A DNA stretch of 64,000 nucleotides, from positions 152,024,001-152,088,000 of the forward strand of contig NC_042999.1 in assembly GCF_006345805.1 (NCBI RefSeq), in the 5' to 3' direction. The notes beneath the pieces are model-generated. The model was given only the letters and a program-made list of their open reading frames with translations. It was not told the DNA's origin and ran no database searches. Both the position numbers and the translations under genes were made by a program. This stretch comes from Octopus sinensis (taxonomy: Eukaryota). Position 1 is the first letter of the stretch; each line of letters starts with the position of its first letter. Of the stretch, positions 63,795 to 64,000 are shown piece by piece.

Positions 63795-64000
63795 TGCTTT
63801 CTGCTGAAGAGATAGGAATGGAATCAGAAAATTTATGAAAATTTGCAATAGATCAAGCAGAATGAAATTTGTGTTGACAAGTACTAGCTCTGATGGTTAC
63901 AAACATACATGACAACATAGAAATAATGGAAGAATAGGTGAAAAGTGACATGGAGTGCTTGGAATAGCTTGAACAGATATTTGACAAGAATACTGAAAGT
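63795..64000 (+). mobile_element. Possible degenerate LINE AP-endonuclease fragment
   Basis: NGIRKFMKIC...FVLTST...YKHT*QH.NG resembles the NG..L..FC...L..NT.F.HK..TW pattern. Confidence 0.3.

Overview
AT-rich, repeat-dense animal genomic DNA. The tRNA-derived SINE families, RTE/CR1/Dong/Hero LINE relics and extreme (TA)n/(CA)n/(ATCT)n microsatellite load look like an octopus (coleoid cephalopod) genome; this is inferred from recalled repeat motifs, not from a database match. There is no long intact gene, and nearly all listed ORFs are microsatellite or repeat artefacts. Supported content: three abundant SINE families; a 5'-truncated Dong/R4-type RLE retrotransposon inside (TAA)n; RTE, CR1-like, Hero and hAT-transposase relics; two non-autonomous Helitrons and a Helentron-associated element; and many MITEs. 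The MITEs include a recurring GG...CC class with 8-bp TSDs, among them a 1.9-kb foldback element with ~620-bp modular TIRs and a copy holding ~100 bp found again 6 kb away. Several Penelope-type hammerhead-ribozyme cores occur, often in inverted hairpins and some in permuted type-II order. The 5' part of an unidentified + strand gene is tentatively visible: a TATA promoter with paired K50-homeodomain and Onecut-type sites near 14.1 kb, an ETS-motif promoter near 48.0 kb, and small phase-1-compatible candidate exons. CpG decay begins sharply after ~49.4 kb, consistent with gene-body methylation.
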